Of a stretch of 64,000 bases of DNA, positions 10,359 through 20,930 are shown piece by piece (the stretch's first letter is position 1; every line of letters starts with the position of its first letter). The stretch comes from a virus. Its lineage: Duplodnaviria; Heunggongvirae; Uroviricota; Caudoviricetes. The notes beneath the pieces were generated by a model. The model saw only the letters and a program-made list of their open reading frames with translations, ran no database searches and was not told where the DNA came from. The stretch is taken from the IMG/VR virus record IMGVR_UViG_3300035703_000003; one strand, given 5' to 3'. Made by a program: the position numbers and the translations under genes.

Positions 10359-10534
10359 GCGTGATATATTGTAATATTTGTGGTAGACCTGGCCATTGCG
10401 GTATAGCACTATGGGAAGACTATAGAGATGAAAGAACACTCAGATTACACGGTCAAGTAAAAGTATGCGACATGTGTCAATGTAATGAATGTAAAGATAA
10501 AGAAAGTATACATGACCGAATCAAAGAAAGATAA
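10355..10534 (+). CDS. 59-aa Cys-rich peptide (7 Cys), not in the ORF track
   Basis: GTGA overlap with the upstream stop; MSVIYCNICGRPGHCGIALWEDYRDERTLRLHGQVKVCDMCQCNECKDKESIHDRIKER. Confidence 0.7.
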   Translation: MSVIYCNICGRPGHCGIALWEDYRDERTLRLHGQVKVCDMCQCNECKDKESIHDRIKER

Positions 10535-11879
10535 GTTCTGCCCGTTACCGTGGAACAGTATAAATCTACGTAACAACGGCGACTTGCGTATATGCTGTAA
10601 TACAAACAGCTACAGTCCCCAACGTGGCATTATGCGTAAAGAAGATGGCACACCATATAACGCAGGACGAGATGACTGGAACGAAGCACGTAACGCTACT
10701 ATACTTAAAGACGTTCGTGCAAGTATGCTTAAGGGCGAGTGGCACAGTGAATGTGAACGCTGCCGCCAAGAAGAAATAAACGGCATTCGCAGTCGTCGTG
10801 AATATGAAAGCGATGACTGGGCTAAATGGTTTGGTAACTATATTGACTACGATAAAGCAGCAGAGATCACCGATGAAGATGGCACACTCGATGTAAGCAA
10901 GCAAGACATTAATTTTGTTGATATACGTTATGGAAACTTTTGTAACTTGAAATGTCGTATGTGTGGCCCAACTGATAGTCACCAATGGTATGATGACTTT
11001 GTTAAACTATATGATCAAACAGGATACAAAGACACACATGAGCGCATACAACTTGTTAAAAATGACAAAGGCCGTTGGACAACAGATCAATACGATTGGT
11101 TCCAAAACAATAACATGTATTGGAGCAACTTTGAGAAATATGCAGTAAATGCACAAAAGTTATACATCGTAGGCGGTGAACCACTTATCATTGACGAGCA
11201 TACAGAAAGTTTAGAACGTATTGTTGCCAGCGGTAATGCTCCTAACATGAGATTAGAATACAATACAAACTTAACCATGATGCCAGACAAACTCATAAGT
11301 CTGTGGGAAAACTTTAAAGAACTCAGAATAGGCGCAAGTATCGACGGCACAGGAGAAGTTTTTAACTATCAAAGAACACCTGCTAATTTTGACGCAGTGT
11401 ATAACAACTTGCAAAAGTTAGATAGTAACGAAAGAATTAAATTAAAGGGATGGTTTGCATTTACTGTTACACCGTTTAACGTATTTCACTTTCCGGAATT
11501 TATGAAATGGAAATTAACTGAAAGTGGGTTACATCGATTTAATAGTGATGATGCTAGACCTGTTGTAAGTCATCATATGTGTCATAGCCCTAAGTATTAC
11601 AATATTAAAGTATTACCACTGAATATTAAAATAAAATTAAAAGCGCATTATGATAATTATATTGAGTGGGTTAACAGCACCGATCTGTCAGACAATGTTA
11701 AAAAAGATTTTGCTAAAATATGTAACGGTGTAATTAAGTTTGCTATGAGTGAAGATTACAGTGAGCAATGGTTAACAGAATTTATTAGTCATACTGTTAA
11801 ATTAGATAAAATACGAAATCAAAATATAATTGACATAGTACCACAGTATAAAGAGATGTTCGATGCACATAACAAATGA
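10512..11879 (+). CDS. Radical SAM protein, subfamily A
   Basis: CPLPW...CC...CERC..EE; CNLKCRMC; GGEP; SIDG; start ATG 10512. Confidence 0.9.
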   Translation: MTESKKDKFCPLPWNSINLRNNGDLRICCNTNSYSPQRGIMRKEDGTPYNAGRDDWNEARNATILKDVRASMLKGEWHSECERCRQEEINGIRSRREYESDDWAKWFGNYIDYDKAAEITDEDGTLDVSKQDINFVDIRYGNFCNLKCRMCGPTDSHQWYDDFVKLYDQTGYKDTHERIQLVKNDKGRWTTDQYDWFQNNNMYWSNFEKYAVNAQKLYIVGGEPLIIDEHTESLERIVASGNAPNMRLEYNTNLTMMPDKLISLWENFKELRIGASIDGTGEVFNYQRTPANFDAVYNNLQKLDSNERIKLKGWFAFTVTPFNVFHFPEFMKWKLTESGLHRFNSDDARPVVSHHMCHSPKYYNIKVLPLNIKIKLKAHYDNYIEWVNSTDLSDNVKKDFAKICNGVIKFAMSEDYSEQWLTEFISHTVKLDKIRNQNIIDIVPQYKEMFDAHNK

Positions 11880-12759
11880 AAATTTAGACTGCTGTTTCAT
11901 AACATTGTTCCTGCATAATGTGTGTAATTACAAATGTTCTTATTGCAGTGAGTATCATTATAATGGCGAATATCGCTGGCCGGATACTATGGATGCATAC
12001 ATCAAGTTGATAAACGAAATGAAGGCACGAAACAAATACTTGTATGTTGAAATTTCAGGCGGTGAACCGACAGTATGGCCACAGTTTCAAGAATTTGTGG
12101 ATACTATCAGTGATGATCGGGTTTTTGTTGAGTTTAGCACTAATGCAAGTAGAACCTTACGTTATTGGAAAAAATTTAAAGCACAAAAAACTTTTGTTCT
12201 ATTAAGCTGGCATCATGAAGAAGCCGACGACGAACATTTCTATAGAGTAGCAGAAATACTACAAGACAAAGCAAGTGTTAATGTAACTCTTATGGTACTT
12301 CCGGAAAATTTCGAACGAGCGAAATTACTATACGACCGTCTCAAAACATTAAATGTTGAAATCACACCAAAGTTTACTCGAAAAAATATACACAGAGCAG
12401 AATACATCGAATATACAGACGAACAAATTGAATGGATTACTAAAAACTATTTTAATAAAATGAAACCATTCCAATCTGATTGGAAGATCCCGCAAAATCT
12501 ACATTTTGATGATGAACCAATGAAGTTTATGAATGTTTTAAAAACAGGACTTCATAATTTTGATGGGTTTACATGCACTGCTGGTCTAAAAAGATTAATG
12601 GTAACTCCGGATGGAAAAATAAAACGTTGTACTAAAGGTGTCGGCGGCGTAATCGGAAATATATTTAAAGACAATTATACATTGCCAGATTTGCCATTGG
12701 TATGTAATTTGTCAGCATGTCCGTGTAAATTAGATGCAATAGTGGAAAAATGGAAATGA
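11863..12759 (+). CDS. Radical SAM protein, subfamily B
   Basis: CNYKCSYC; GGEPTVW; CTAG...RC...C....CPC. Confidence 0.9.
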   Translation: MHITNENLDCCFITLFLHNVCNYKCSYCSEYHYNGEYRWPDTMDAYIKLINEMKARNKYLYVEISGGEPTVWPQFQEFVDTISDDRVFVEFSTNASRTLRYWKKFKAQKTFVLLSWHHEEADDEHFYRVAEILQDKASVNVTLMVLPENFERAKLLYDRLKTLNVEITPKFTRKNIHRAEYIEYTDEQIEWITKNYFNKMKPFQSDWKIPQNLHFDDEPMKFMNVLKTGLHNFDGFTCTAGLKRLMVTPDGKIKRCTKGVGGVIGNIFKDNYTLPDLPLVCNLSACPCKLDAIVEKWK

Positions 12760-13679
12760 AATACGAAGATATAAAATTTGATATGCTAGGTACAAGACGC
12801 CAGCGCCCTATGTATCTTAGTAAATTTACAAGATTTAGAACTTATGAAATGAAAATGGAAAATTATCCGAAAGATCCACACGGATACACCAAAACATTTT
12901 TGCATATCATTGACGATTGGATACAGCAACATAAACGAGTAAAATATGTAGGATTAAACTCATTCACCCGACACGATGCAATACTTGGGACAACACATGC
13001 ATTAGATGAATTACACCACTTGCACGGAAATAATATTACAGTTTATCAAGGAGAATACAAATATCATCGACGATTGACAGAGTTTACTGTAAATGAAATT
13101 ACACACTGGGATCAATTAAAACCAGGAAATGTATTTGTTGCTAGTTACCCAAGTTGCATTACTACAAACTACTTGCCTGAATTTGACAAATTGTTGGATC
13201 ACTGTTACAAACATAGTATACCTGTACATATCGACGGTGCGTGGTTTGGACAATGTCGAAATTTCGAATTAGATGTCAGACATCCGGCAATACATAGCGT
13301 ATTCGTAAGTTTGAGTAAAGCACTGGGGCTGGGAAGTCAGCGTATAGGTATACGATATAGTCGAGAAAGAGTTAACGGACCTATCGCTATTATGAATGAT
13401 TATAATTACTGTAATGTTAGCGATATGTGGCTAGGTGTTAATTTCATGGAACACTTTGGTGTTGATTATTGGTGGCGTAATTATGAAGATTTGTATATTA
13501 AAGTATGTAAGGATTTTAATTTAGAAGAAAGCGATAGTATACATGTTGGATGGGTCAACGACGATGACCTTAGACATCAATTCGGTATAAGAACTCCTTT
13601 AAGATTTTTAATCGAAGGAGTGTTCGACGAACGTGGTACTAACTTAGGATTAAATCAAATTGAACGAGACGAAAAGTAA
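12756..13679 (+). CDS. Short PLP-dependent enzyme (fold type I)
   Basis: HIDGAW and SLSKALG....RIG (PLP lysine motif). Confidence 0.7.
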   Translation: MKYEDIKFDMLGTRRQRPMYLSKFTRFRTYEMKMENYPKDPHGYTKTFLHIIDDWIQQHKRVKYVGLNSFTRHDAILGTTHALDELHHLHGNNITVYQGEYKYHRRLTEFTVNEITHWDQLKPGNVFVASYPSCITTNYLPEFDKLLDHCYKHSIPVHIDGAWFGQCRNFELDVRHPAIHSVFVSLSKALGLGSQRIGIRYSRERVNGPIAIMNDYNYCNVSDMWLGVNFMEHFGVDYWWRNYEDLYIKVCKDFNLEESDSIHVGWVNDDDLRHQFGIRTPLRFLIEGVFDERGTNLGLNQIERDEK

Positions 13680-13690
13680 TAAGGAATAAT

Positions 13691-14488
13691 ATGTTCACAC
13701 TTGATAAAACTTCTAAAAATTTTAATAATGATAGTTTAACAGCTCCGGTGCCTCACAACCAGTTGCATATAGATGATAATTGGAAACGCATTGGTATTAG
13801 ATTAAGTGGTGGTGCAGATAGTGCTATATTGTATTATGCTATCTGTAATTATTTTAAGGACCGGTCTGATGTTAAAATATATCCGCTAACCATGGACACA
13901 GAATATAAATGGTGGTATAGTAGTGGTGCGAAACGTGTAATAGATCGTGTGTCCGAGCTGACAGGTAAACACCCTGCAGAACACTATGTTCATTTTTATC
14001 CTCACTACACAGAATATGCGTACAAATATCAAAAACACAAATATGTAGATGGTATAGATGAACTACAAGCACTTGCACTGCGAAAATTTAATTTAGATTC
14101 GGTGTACATAGGAGTGACTGTAAACCCGCCATTGGATACAATGAAAACATATTTTCTTAATACAGATCATGGACTAGACGTTGAAAAGGCAGTCGGATAT
14201 ATAGATTCAAGAGATAAGACACGAGATATTCAAGAAGAAAAAGAAGTAAGATATGTACATTATGATAACGGAAATGAAGAAGTTAGAGCAACACAAGTGA
14301 TACCTTTTGCAAATGCCGACAAAAGTGCAGTTAAAAAAATGTATGACTACTACAATGTAACCGACTTGTTATTTCCGTATACATACAGTTGTGAGATTGT
14401 GCCAGAATCAAAAACACACCCGCTAGTTCATTGTGGACACTGTTTCTTTTGCTTAGAAAGATGGTGGGGGTTTGGTAGAATATTATGA
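13691..14488 (+). CDS. QueC-like PP-loop ATP pyrophosphatase (paralogue 3)
   Basis: SGGADS; TYSCE...CGHCFFCLER. Confidence 0.8.
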   Translation: MFTLDKTSKNFNNDSLTAPVPHNQLHIDDNWKRIGIRLSGGADSAILYYAICNYFKDRSDVKIYPLTMDTEYKWWYSSGAKRVIDRVSELTGKHPAEHYVHFYPHYTEYAYKYQKHKYVDGIDELQALALRKFNLDSVYIGVTVNPPLDTMKTYFLNTDHGLDVEKAVGYIDSRDKTRDIQEEKEVRYVHYDNGNEEVRATQVIPFANADKSAVKKMYDYYNVTDLLFPYTYSCEIVPESKTHPLVHCGHCFFCLERWWGFGRIL

Positions 14489-15234
14489 ACACTAGAGAAT
14501 ATAATAATATAGAAGACGTTCCCCTTATCGATTATGGAACATATAATATTGATTTAGATATCGATTATTATAATAAGCAAGCAGATAAGTTATTAAATTC
14601 AGAAAAAGTAAAACAAACTGGTGCTAATAACGTTAACCTATTTTGTAATATAGACCTTGAGTCTAAACAATTCTTAATGAATTATTTGAATAATAAAATA
14701 GGTGTAGACTTTGATTGGAACTTTGAATATTTTAAATCAAGCGAGCCGGCAGGTCTGCATACTGATTACGAAAGTTTTGAAAACAGTTGGAAGCCTAAGG
14801 AGATGGGTGTTATTACACACGACTGTCATTTAGTTGTAGGTGTAATAATACCATTGGAATGGAATTGTAAACAACCATATACTATAAATTATGATCGTGT
14901 TTCTGATATACCACGCAAGCTAATATATCGTAAAGGCGAAATGCGTTATAAAGATAACAACGAAGTGTTCCTATACAGAGATACGTGGAACTACGATCCT
15001 GAAGTATTAAGATATAACCCGGAAGGCACTGAATACTTTAGAGAGTATGCGGACTTGAAAGTGCATAGTGTTTATGAGTGGGTGTTAGGCACTATGATGG
15101 TGTTTGATACAGCACGTTGGCACAGTAGCAGTTGGTTCCTAAGCACAGAACGTGTAGTAACACCACCGGTTGAATATAAAAAGTCTATTGTGGGATTTGG
15201 ATCAATTGATGTTATAAGAACAGAGTTTCAATGA
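14485..15234 (+). CDS. 2OG-Fe(II) oxygenase-like protein
   Basis: HTD...IIPL...FDTARWH. Confidence 0.55.
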   Translation: MNTREYNNIEDVPLIDYGTYNIDLDIDYYNKQADKLLNSEKVKQTGANNVNLFCNIDLESKQFLMNYLNNKIGVDFDWNFEYFKSSEPAGLHTDYESFENSWKPKEMGVITHDCHLVVGVIIPLEWNCKQPYTINYDRVSDIPRKLIYRKGEMRYKDNNEVFLYRDTWNYDPEVLRYNPEGTEYFREYADLKVHSVYEWVLGTMMVFDTARWHSSSWFLSTERVVTPPVEYKKSIVGFGSIDVIRTEFQ

Positions 15235-16370
15235 GCGATACATTTTGCACATTATTATGGACACATATATGTGTTAGACCCGACAACGTGCTAAAACCAT
15301 GTTGCAGATTTTTATCCGATAATCCTAGCAATGAGTTTAAAACTACGCTCAATGATATACATTATTTAAATGAAGAAGCAATGAATACTGATTATTTTAA
15401 GAGTATAAGAACACGTATGCTCGCCGGAGAAAAGATCCAGGGTTGTCAGAAATGCTATACACAAGAAGAAAACCCGCAAAGAACTAAACTAAGTTCACGT
15501 GAACTTAGTAACAAAGAAATACCAATCGAATTTAACACATTAAATGATAATTTTTTAAAGACAAAATATATTGAAATGTCTATAGATAATATTTGTAATC
15601 TACAATGTAGAATGTGTGACAGCAAGTTTAGCAGTAAATTACAAAATCGTGATAAATTTTTAAATAATATTGTTTTTAAAAAATTAGAGCCAAATTTTTA
15701 TAAACTAGCTAACTTAGATTTATCAGAATTAATCAGAGTTAAAGTATTAGGCGGTGAGCCGTTTATTACTCCTAACTTTGAGAAGTTCATTGACTTTTTG
15801 TTTGATCATTCTGATCCTACTAAAATAGATCTTGATATATCTACTAATGGTACTGCAGTACCGAATCGACGCATCATTAATAAACTTAACAAGTTCAATT
15901 ACATTAATATTAATGTAAGTGTAGATGCATATGATAAGGTCAATGATTATCAGAGACATAGCGGCTCGTATATACAAACAATATCGAATGCAGAAGCATA
16001 TGGAAAACTATTTGATAATTGTATAATATCTCACCATATTGCAGTCTCGGTTTTAACTGCAAACAAATTATATAAAACAATTAATTATTTCCAAGAAAAC
16101 GATAAATTATATTCCTTAGATTTTGTAAGAGATCCTGAACACTATTCATTATTATATACACCGGTCGTGTTTAAAGAGTGGGTATTAGATATCAACAGCA
16201 GCAATAATATAGCTTATACACTATTAAAAAATTTCATATATCAAAAAGAATATAACCCTATAATATGGCAAGCATTTATAGAAACTACTGAAAAGTTAGA
16301 TAAGTACTATGATATTAAGCTAGAAGAATATAACAGCGAATTGTATCAATATATTCAATACATCAAATGA
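15231..16370 (+). CDS. Radical SAM protein, subfamily A
   Basis: CTLLW...PCC...CQKC; CNLQCRMC; GGEP. Confidence 0.9.
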   Translation: MSDTFCTLLWTHICVRPDNVLKPCCRFLSDNPSNEFKTTLNDIHYLNEEAMNTDYFKSIRTRMLAGEKIQGCQKCYTQEENPQRTKLSSRELSNKEIPIEFNTLNDNFLKTKYIEMSIDNICNLQCRMCDSKFSSKLQNRDKFLNNIVFKKLEPNFYKLANLDLSELIRVKVLGGEPFITPNFEKFIDFLFDHSDPTKIDLDISTNGTAVPNRRIINKLNKFNYININVSVDAYDKVNDYQRHSGSYIQTISNAEAYGKLFDNCIISHHIAVSVLTANKLYKTINYFQENDKLYSLDFVRDPEHYSLLYTPVVFKEWVLDINSSNNIAYTLLKNFIYQKEYNPIIWQAFIETTEKLDKYYDIKLEEYNSELYQYIQYIK

Positions 16371-16379
16371 AAGCAATAA

Positions 16380-17066
16380 ATGAAACACGTTTGTTTTGAA
16401 AATGTTATTCCTGTAGAAGTTTGTGAATACATTACAAACTTCTTTGAGACCAGAACAGATTTACATGTTATCAAACCTAATAACCCAAATGTTATTAAAA
16501 TAAATCACCCGTGGCGTCATTTAAAAGAAATATTAGATCCGGTTTTTTCAAAATACTTTACTACTAACAATGGCAACGGCGGCAACATTTATAAACATAC
16601 AAACGTATACACTACGCATGTAGACAGTTTCGAAACACATCAGATGATTAATGCAATGATACCTATATATGCACCGCCAAGCAATGAGCAGCAACATTTT
16701 GTTGTATTTGACCAATGGGTTGACAATGGGTTTGGTCAAACTTGGTATGGAGACAGAGACGATATTGCTAATCACGGAGACTTTGATTTTAATAAAAAGT
16801 TGCCACAAACTCCTTATAATGACCCACGAGTATATGATAAAGTCGACGATGATATAAGCAGTGACTTTTATCGCAATTACTTAGATTTTAATTGTCACAA
16901 ACCGGAATATTTTAAAGGTTTAACGGGTGCAGCGTATCCGTTTGTTCCGGGGCATTTAATACTGTTTAACTCTAATCAATTGCACACTACTGGAAAGTTA
17001 ACCAGTGACTGGAAGATGGGACTGCACATTAACTTTGACGGAAGCCTGGACGAATTGCTGTTATGA
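16380..17066 (+). CDS. 2OG-Fe(II) oxygenase-like protein
   Basis: HVD...MIPI...FNSNQLH. Confidence 0.55.
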   Translation: MKHVCFENVIPVEVCEYITNFFETRTDLHVIKPNNPNVIKINHPWRHLKEILDPVFSKYFTTNNGNGGNIYKHTNVYTTHVDSFETHQMINAMIPIYAPPSNEQQHFVVFDQWVDNGFGQTWYGDRDDIANHGDFDFNKKLPQTPYNDPRVYDKVDDDISSDFYRNYLDFNCHKPEYFKGLTGAAYPFVPGHLILFNSNQLHTTGKLTSDWKMGLHINFDGSLDELLL

Positions 17067-18499
17067 CAGATATTGTAATATGTATATTACCTAAGATAGA
17101 TCCGGACGCACCAACTGTTGGCCCTGCTATATTAAAGTCGCATTTAGAAAGCCATGGCTTTAGAACTACTGTATTAGATTTTAACATTGAACTTTATAGA
17201 TACTTAGAACGTTTTAAAAAGCACGATTACTATTATTTCGACGATGATTTTTTGTTTAGTTCTGACAACGAATGTGTTAATGATGAATTTCATGAATTTT
17301 TTACAAAGTATAGTAGAATATTTTATAAATGGATTGCGGTGTTAAGACGCACCAATCCTAAATACATTGGCTTGAGTTTATTATCACGTTATAGCCAATC
17401 AGTTGCAATTAAATTAAGCGAGTTAATAAGACGCTATTTGCCTGATACTATTATAGTATGGGGCGGCGCACAAGTTTCGCATAAAACTAGTATTATTAAA
17501 GAACACAATTTATGTGACTATTATATATTAGGTGACGGTGAATTTACTATAGTGGAATTATTAAAACAAAACTATAATGCGACAGGCATTAACAGCAACA
17601 CATTTGCACAGGTAAACAATTTTGATGCAGTAATGATGCCCAACTACGATGACATTAAATGGGATTTGTATCAAGATTTAAATGAACACAAACCTGTATA
17701 CATTACAGGCAGTAGAGGGTGTGTTAAACGTTGCACATTTTGTAACGTGCCCGACATATGGCCTGAATATAAATTCCGAAGCGGCAAAAGTATTGCAAAC
17801 GAAATTATACACATAAAACAAAAGTATGATAGAAAAACATTTAAGTTTACGGACAGTTTAATCAACGGTAGCATGAAGTCGTTTAGAGATTTGTTAGATA
17901 CATTAATAGAATACAGATCGACAGACGATGACTGGCATTGGATAAGCCAATGGATTATTCGATCGCCAAGACAAAGTCCAGAAGAAGATTATAAAAAAAT
18001 GAAAGCAAGCGGCTGCTTAATGCTAGATGTTGGAGTAGAATCTTTTTCTCAATCAGTGCGGTGGCATTTAGGAAAAAAATTCACTGACGAAGAAATGTGG
18101 TTTTGTTTTGATATGTTAAAAAAGTATCAAATACAGTATACTATGTTGCTTATTACAGGATATCCGACAGAAACCAAAGAAGATCATTTGCATACATTAG
18201 CTGTCATTGAACGTTTATTTGCAGAAGGGTATGCAAGAGATCCAGAATCTGGAATGAAATTGATTACATTTAATTTCACGCCTATGCTATTAGGCGGCCC
18301 GATTTCAGATATGATAGAAAAAGACTTAGATTATTTTAATAATGAGCGTGATTGGAAATACAAAGAAAACGACACAGCGTCCAGGGTTCGTAATTATAAA
18401 GAGGTTCTGTCATTGGTCGAAACTCTTCATAATGAAAAGTCAGACTGGTTACAAACAAAAGATATGAATCTATATATAGAAAATTTAAAAAATGGATAA
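17063..18499 (+). CDS. Cobalamin-binding radical SAM protein (class B methyltransferase-like)
   Basis: N-terminal B12-type domain (GLS, WGG, GDGE); GSRGCVKRCTFC; GVES; GYPTET. Confidence 0.88.
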   Translation: MTDIVICILPKIDPDAPTVGPAILKSHLESHGFRTTVLDFNIELYRYLERFKKHDYYYFDDDFLFSSDNECVNDEFHEFFTKYSRIFYKWIAVLRRTNPKYIGLSLLSRYSQSVAIKLSELIRRYLPDTIIVWGGAQVSHKTSIIKEHNLCDYYILGDGEFTIVELLKQNYNATGINSNTFAQVNNFDAVMMPNYDDIKWDLYQDLNEHKPVYITGSRGCVKRCTFCNVPDIWPEYKFRSGKSIANEIIHIKQKYDRKTFKFTDSLINGSMKSFRDLLDTLIEYRSTDDDWHWISQWIIRSPRQSPEEDYKKMKASGCLMLDVGVESFSQSVRWHLGKKFTDEEMWFCFDMLKKYQIQYTMLLITGYPTETKEDHLHTLAVIERLFAEGYARDPESGMKLITFNFTPMLLGGPISDMIEKDLDYFNNERDWKYKENDTASRVRNYKEVLSLVETLHNEKSDWLQTKDMNLYIENLKNG

Positions 18500-19742
18500 A
18501 ATATTAAAATGCAAATATGCGTGGGGACATTTAGATTTTCTTCAAGGCCAATATGGCCCGTGTTTTCGTTATAAAGTAAACAAACAACCTATAGCTAAGA
18601 TATCAGATAAACTTCCGAGTGAAGTTATTAATAGCGAAGAAATGCAATCTGTCAGACGTAGTTTACAGCAAGGAGTGTTTCCCCCTGGTTGTTTCGATTG
18701 TGCTTTAAAAGAAAGTAGGGGGTTGAAATCGTATAGACAGCAAGTAACCGAACATCATTGGGACGACGAAGATAAAATAAATTATAATTCTGTAGTTGTT
18801 GATAGAATATTAGATTTAGAGCTAAAGTTTAGTAGAACATGTAATTTCTTATGCAGGCATTGCTATTCAGAATCAAATAACATGTTTGAATTAATAGGTA
18901 AAAAACATCCAGACATTCATGACAAACTTCTAGCACAAGGGTTTGACCAATTTGGTATAGCAGATTCGCCTATAATAGAAGTCTCAGAAGAAGTGATTAC
19001 CGATCTTGTCAAGAATATTATACCTAATTGTAAACACATAGGATTTAGTGGCGGCGAGCCGTTGTATCATTTGCAGCATTATCAATTTTTAGAGAAGTTA
19101 ATTAATTCTCCATATGTCGACACTAAATCAATTAGTTTGTTTTATAATACAAACTTAAGTATGATACAGTTTAAGGATTATGATCTTCAAAATTTGTGGG
19201 ATAAATTTAAGTCAATATACATCGTTGTTAGTTTAGACGGTACTGGTGATTTGTTTAACTATTTTAGAGAACGAGGAGATTATGATACTGTAATTAACAA
19301 TATAGAATCACTGGCTGCAAAATCTACAAATATAATACATTTTACGTTTGTTTGCACATCAACGGCATATCATGCGTTTTATGCAGATGTAATATTTAGA
19401 GATCTAACAGCACTAGCTGAGAGAATACAGCGTGTGTATAATATAGAATGTTTAACAAAGCCTACATTTGTTCATACTGCTAATATTGATATGGTAGACT
19501 TAGAAGTTGAAACAAAGCAGTTTATTATTAAAAACTTAGAAAAAACATTGCCCTCTGGAAATAATATGTATGATTATGCACTTACTGAAATAATCACACA
19601 TTTAAAAGGAGATAAAAGAAATTTCAACGGCGACTTTAAAGAAATAGTAAAAATACAAGATAAGATATATAATAGAGATGCATTCATTATGGCGCCGAGA
19701 GTAGCAAACTATGTTTATAATAATGTGTTGATGTGGGATTGA
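18492..19742 (+). CDS. Radical SAM protein, subfamily A
   Basis: CKYAW...PC...CFDC; CNFLCRHC; GGEP; SLDG. Confidence 0.9.
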   Translation: MDKILKCKYAWGHLDFLQGQYGPCFRYKVNKQPIAKISDKLPSEVINSEEMQSVRRSLQQGVFPPGCFDCALKESRGLKSYRQQVTEHHWDDEDKINYNSVVVDRILDLELKFSRTCNFLCRHCYSESNNMFELIGKKHPDIHDKLLAQGFDQFGIADSPIIEVSEEVITDLVKNIIPNCKHIGFSGGEPLYHLQHYQFLEKLINSPYVDTKSISLFYNTNLSMIQFKDYDLQNLWDKFKSIYIVVSLDGTGDLFNYFRERGDYDTVINNIESLAAKSTNIIHFTFVCTSTAYHAFYADVIFRDLTALAERIQRVYNIECLTKPTFVHTANIDMVDLEVETKQFIIKNLEKTLPSGNNMYDYALTEIITHLKGDKRNFNGDFKEIVKIQDKIYNRDAFIMAPRVANYVYNNVLMWD

Positions 19743-19743
19743 G

Positions 19744-20895
19744 ATGAATAATACATTCTGTAGTGCAGCGTGGACTGACATTAATATAGATTTTGCCGAG
19801 CGGACGATACGTCATTGTTGTAAGAGTGTCCCGGATCCATTTCCGGAGAGATTAACTGTTGACTTTTTTAATAATAGTGCAAGAATAAAAAAAACCCGTA
19901 ATGACTTGTTGAATGGTATACAATCGCCTGATTGTATACAATGCTGGGAGGATTATAAACTATCAGGAACTGCATATAGAGATATTAAAAATACGTGGAA
20001 AACGTCGTCTATTGCACACTTCATTGATTCAATTGAAATATTTTTAGATAATTTGTGTGACATGTCGTGCATTTATTGTAATGAGCTAGGTAGCAGTAAA
20101 ATAGCTTCAGAAAAAAAAATTAATAATAAAAAAAATTTGAAAATCGACGAAGATTTAAAAGTATTTGTATCATTTCTTGAAATAGTCGCTAAAAAACAAA
20201 GATATATTAACTTAAATTTTTTAGGCGGTGAAGTTACGTATAGTAAAAAGTTTTTTTATTTTGTAGAACATCTAATAGAAAATAAAACTCTAGCAAATAG
20301 TAATCTCACTTTTAGCATGTTGACAAATGGAAATAGTAGCGATGCAGCGATTCTGAAGACTGTTGCATTGCTCAACAAGATGCCAGACAATTGGTCAGTT
20401 TGTGTAAGTATTAGCAATGAATCTACAAATGAGCTGACAGAACTAGTAAGACACGGGTTGTCTTGGAATAGATTTTTAAGAAACTTTGAAATATATTTAA
20501 AACATGAAAAAGTTTGCGATATTAAACTTGCACCGGCACTGACAATATTCACTGTTAAAGATTTTCCAAACTTGGTTATGACATTGTCAGAAATAATAAT
20601 AAATTCGGGAATTACAAAACGGTTTGACATACTAGGTACCTGGGTAGTAAACCCAGAAATACTTGATACTGTGTATTCTAAATTAGAATATAAAGAACTA
20701 ATACAGTCATTGATAGTATATGTAAAATCTAGTAATGTAATTCATAATAAGCACGAATTTGAGCATTTTTTAAATAGATTGAAGAATAGAATCGGTTCAT
20801 TGGAATTGGATCATGAAAAATTAGATGATTTCATACGTGAGTTAGTTATACAAAAATCCAATGAAAGTTTATGGAATCTTAAAAATTATCTTTAA
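19744..20895 (+). CDS. Radical SAM protein, subfamily A
   Basis: CSAAW...CC...CIQC; CDMSCIYC; GGE. Confidence 0.88.
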   Translation: MNNTFCSAAWTDINIDFAERTIRHCCKSVPDPFPERLTVDFFNNSARIKKTRNDLLNGIQSPDCIQCWEDYKLSGTAYRDIKNTWKTSSIAHFIDSIEIFLDNLCDMSCIYCNELGSSKIASEKKINNKKNLKIDEDLKVFVSFLEIVAKKQRYINLNFLGGEVTYSKKFFYFVEHLIENKTLANSNLTFSMLTNGNSSDAAILKTVALLNKMPDNWSVCVSISNESTNELTELVRHGLSWNRFLRNFEIYLKHEKVCDIKLAPALTIFTVKDFPNLVMTLSEIIINSGITKRFDILGTWVVNPEILDTVYSKLEYKELIQSLIVYVKSSNVIHNKHEFEHFLNRLKNRIGSLELDHEKLDDFIRELVIQKSNESLWNLKNYL

Positions 20896-20899
20896 AGTA

Positions 20900-20907
20900 A
20901 ATAAATA
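20900..20907 (+). promoter_or_regulatory. T4-late-like promoter motif AATAAATA
   Basis: Intergenic; followed by AAGGAG and the nitroreductase ATG. Confidence 0.45.
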
Positions 20908-20930
20908 GTATTATAACAAGGAGTTCTCCA

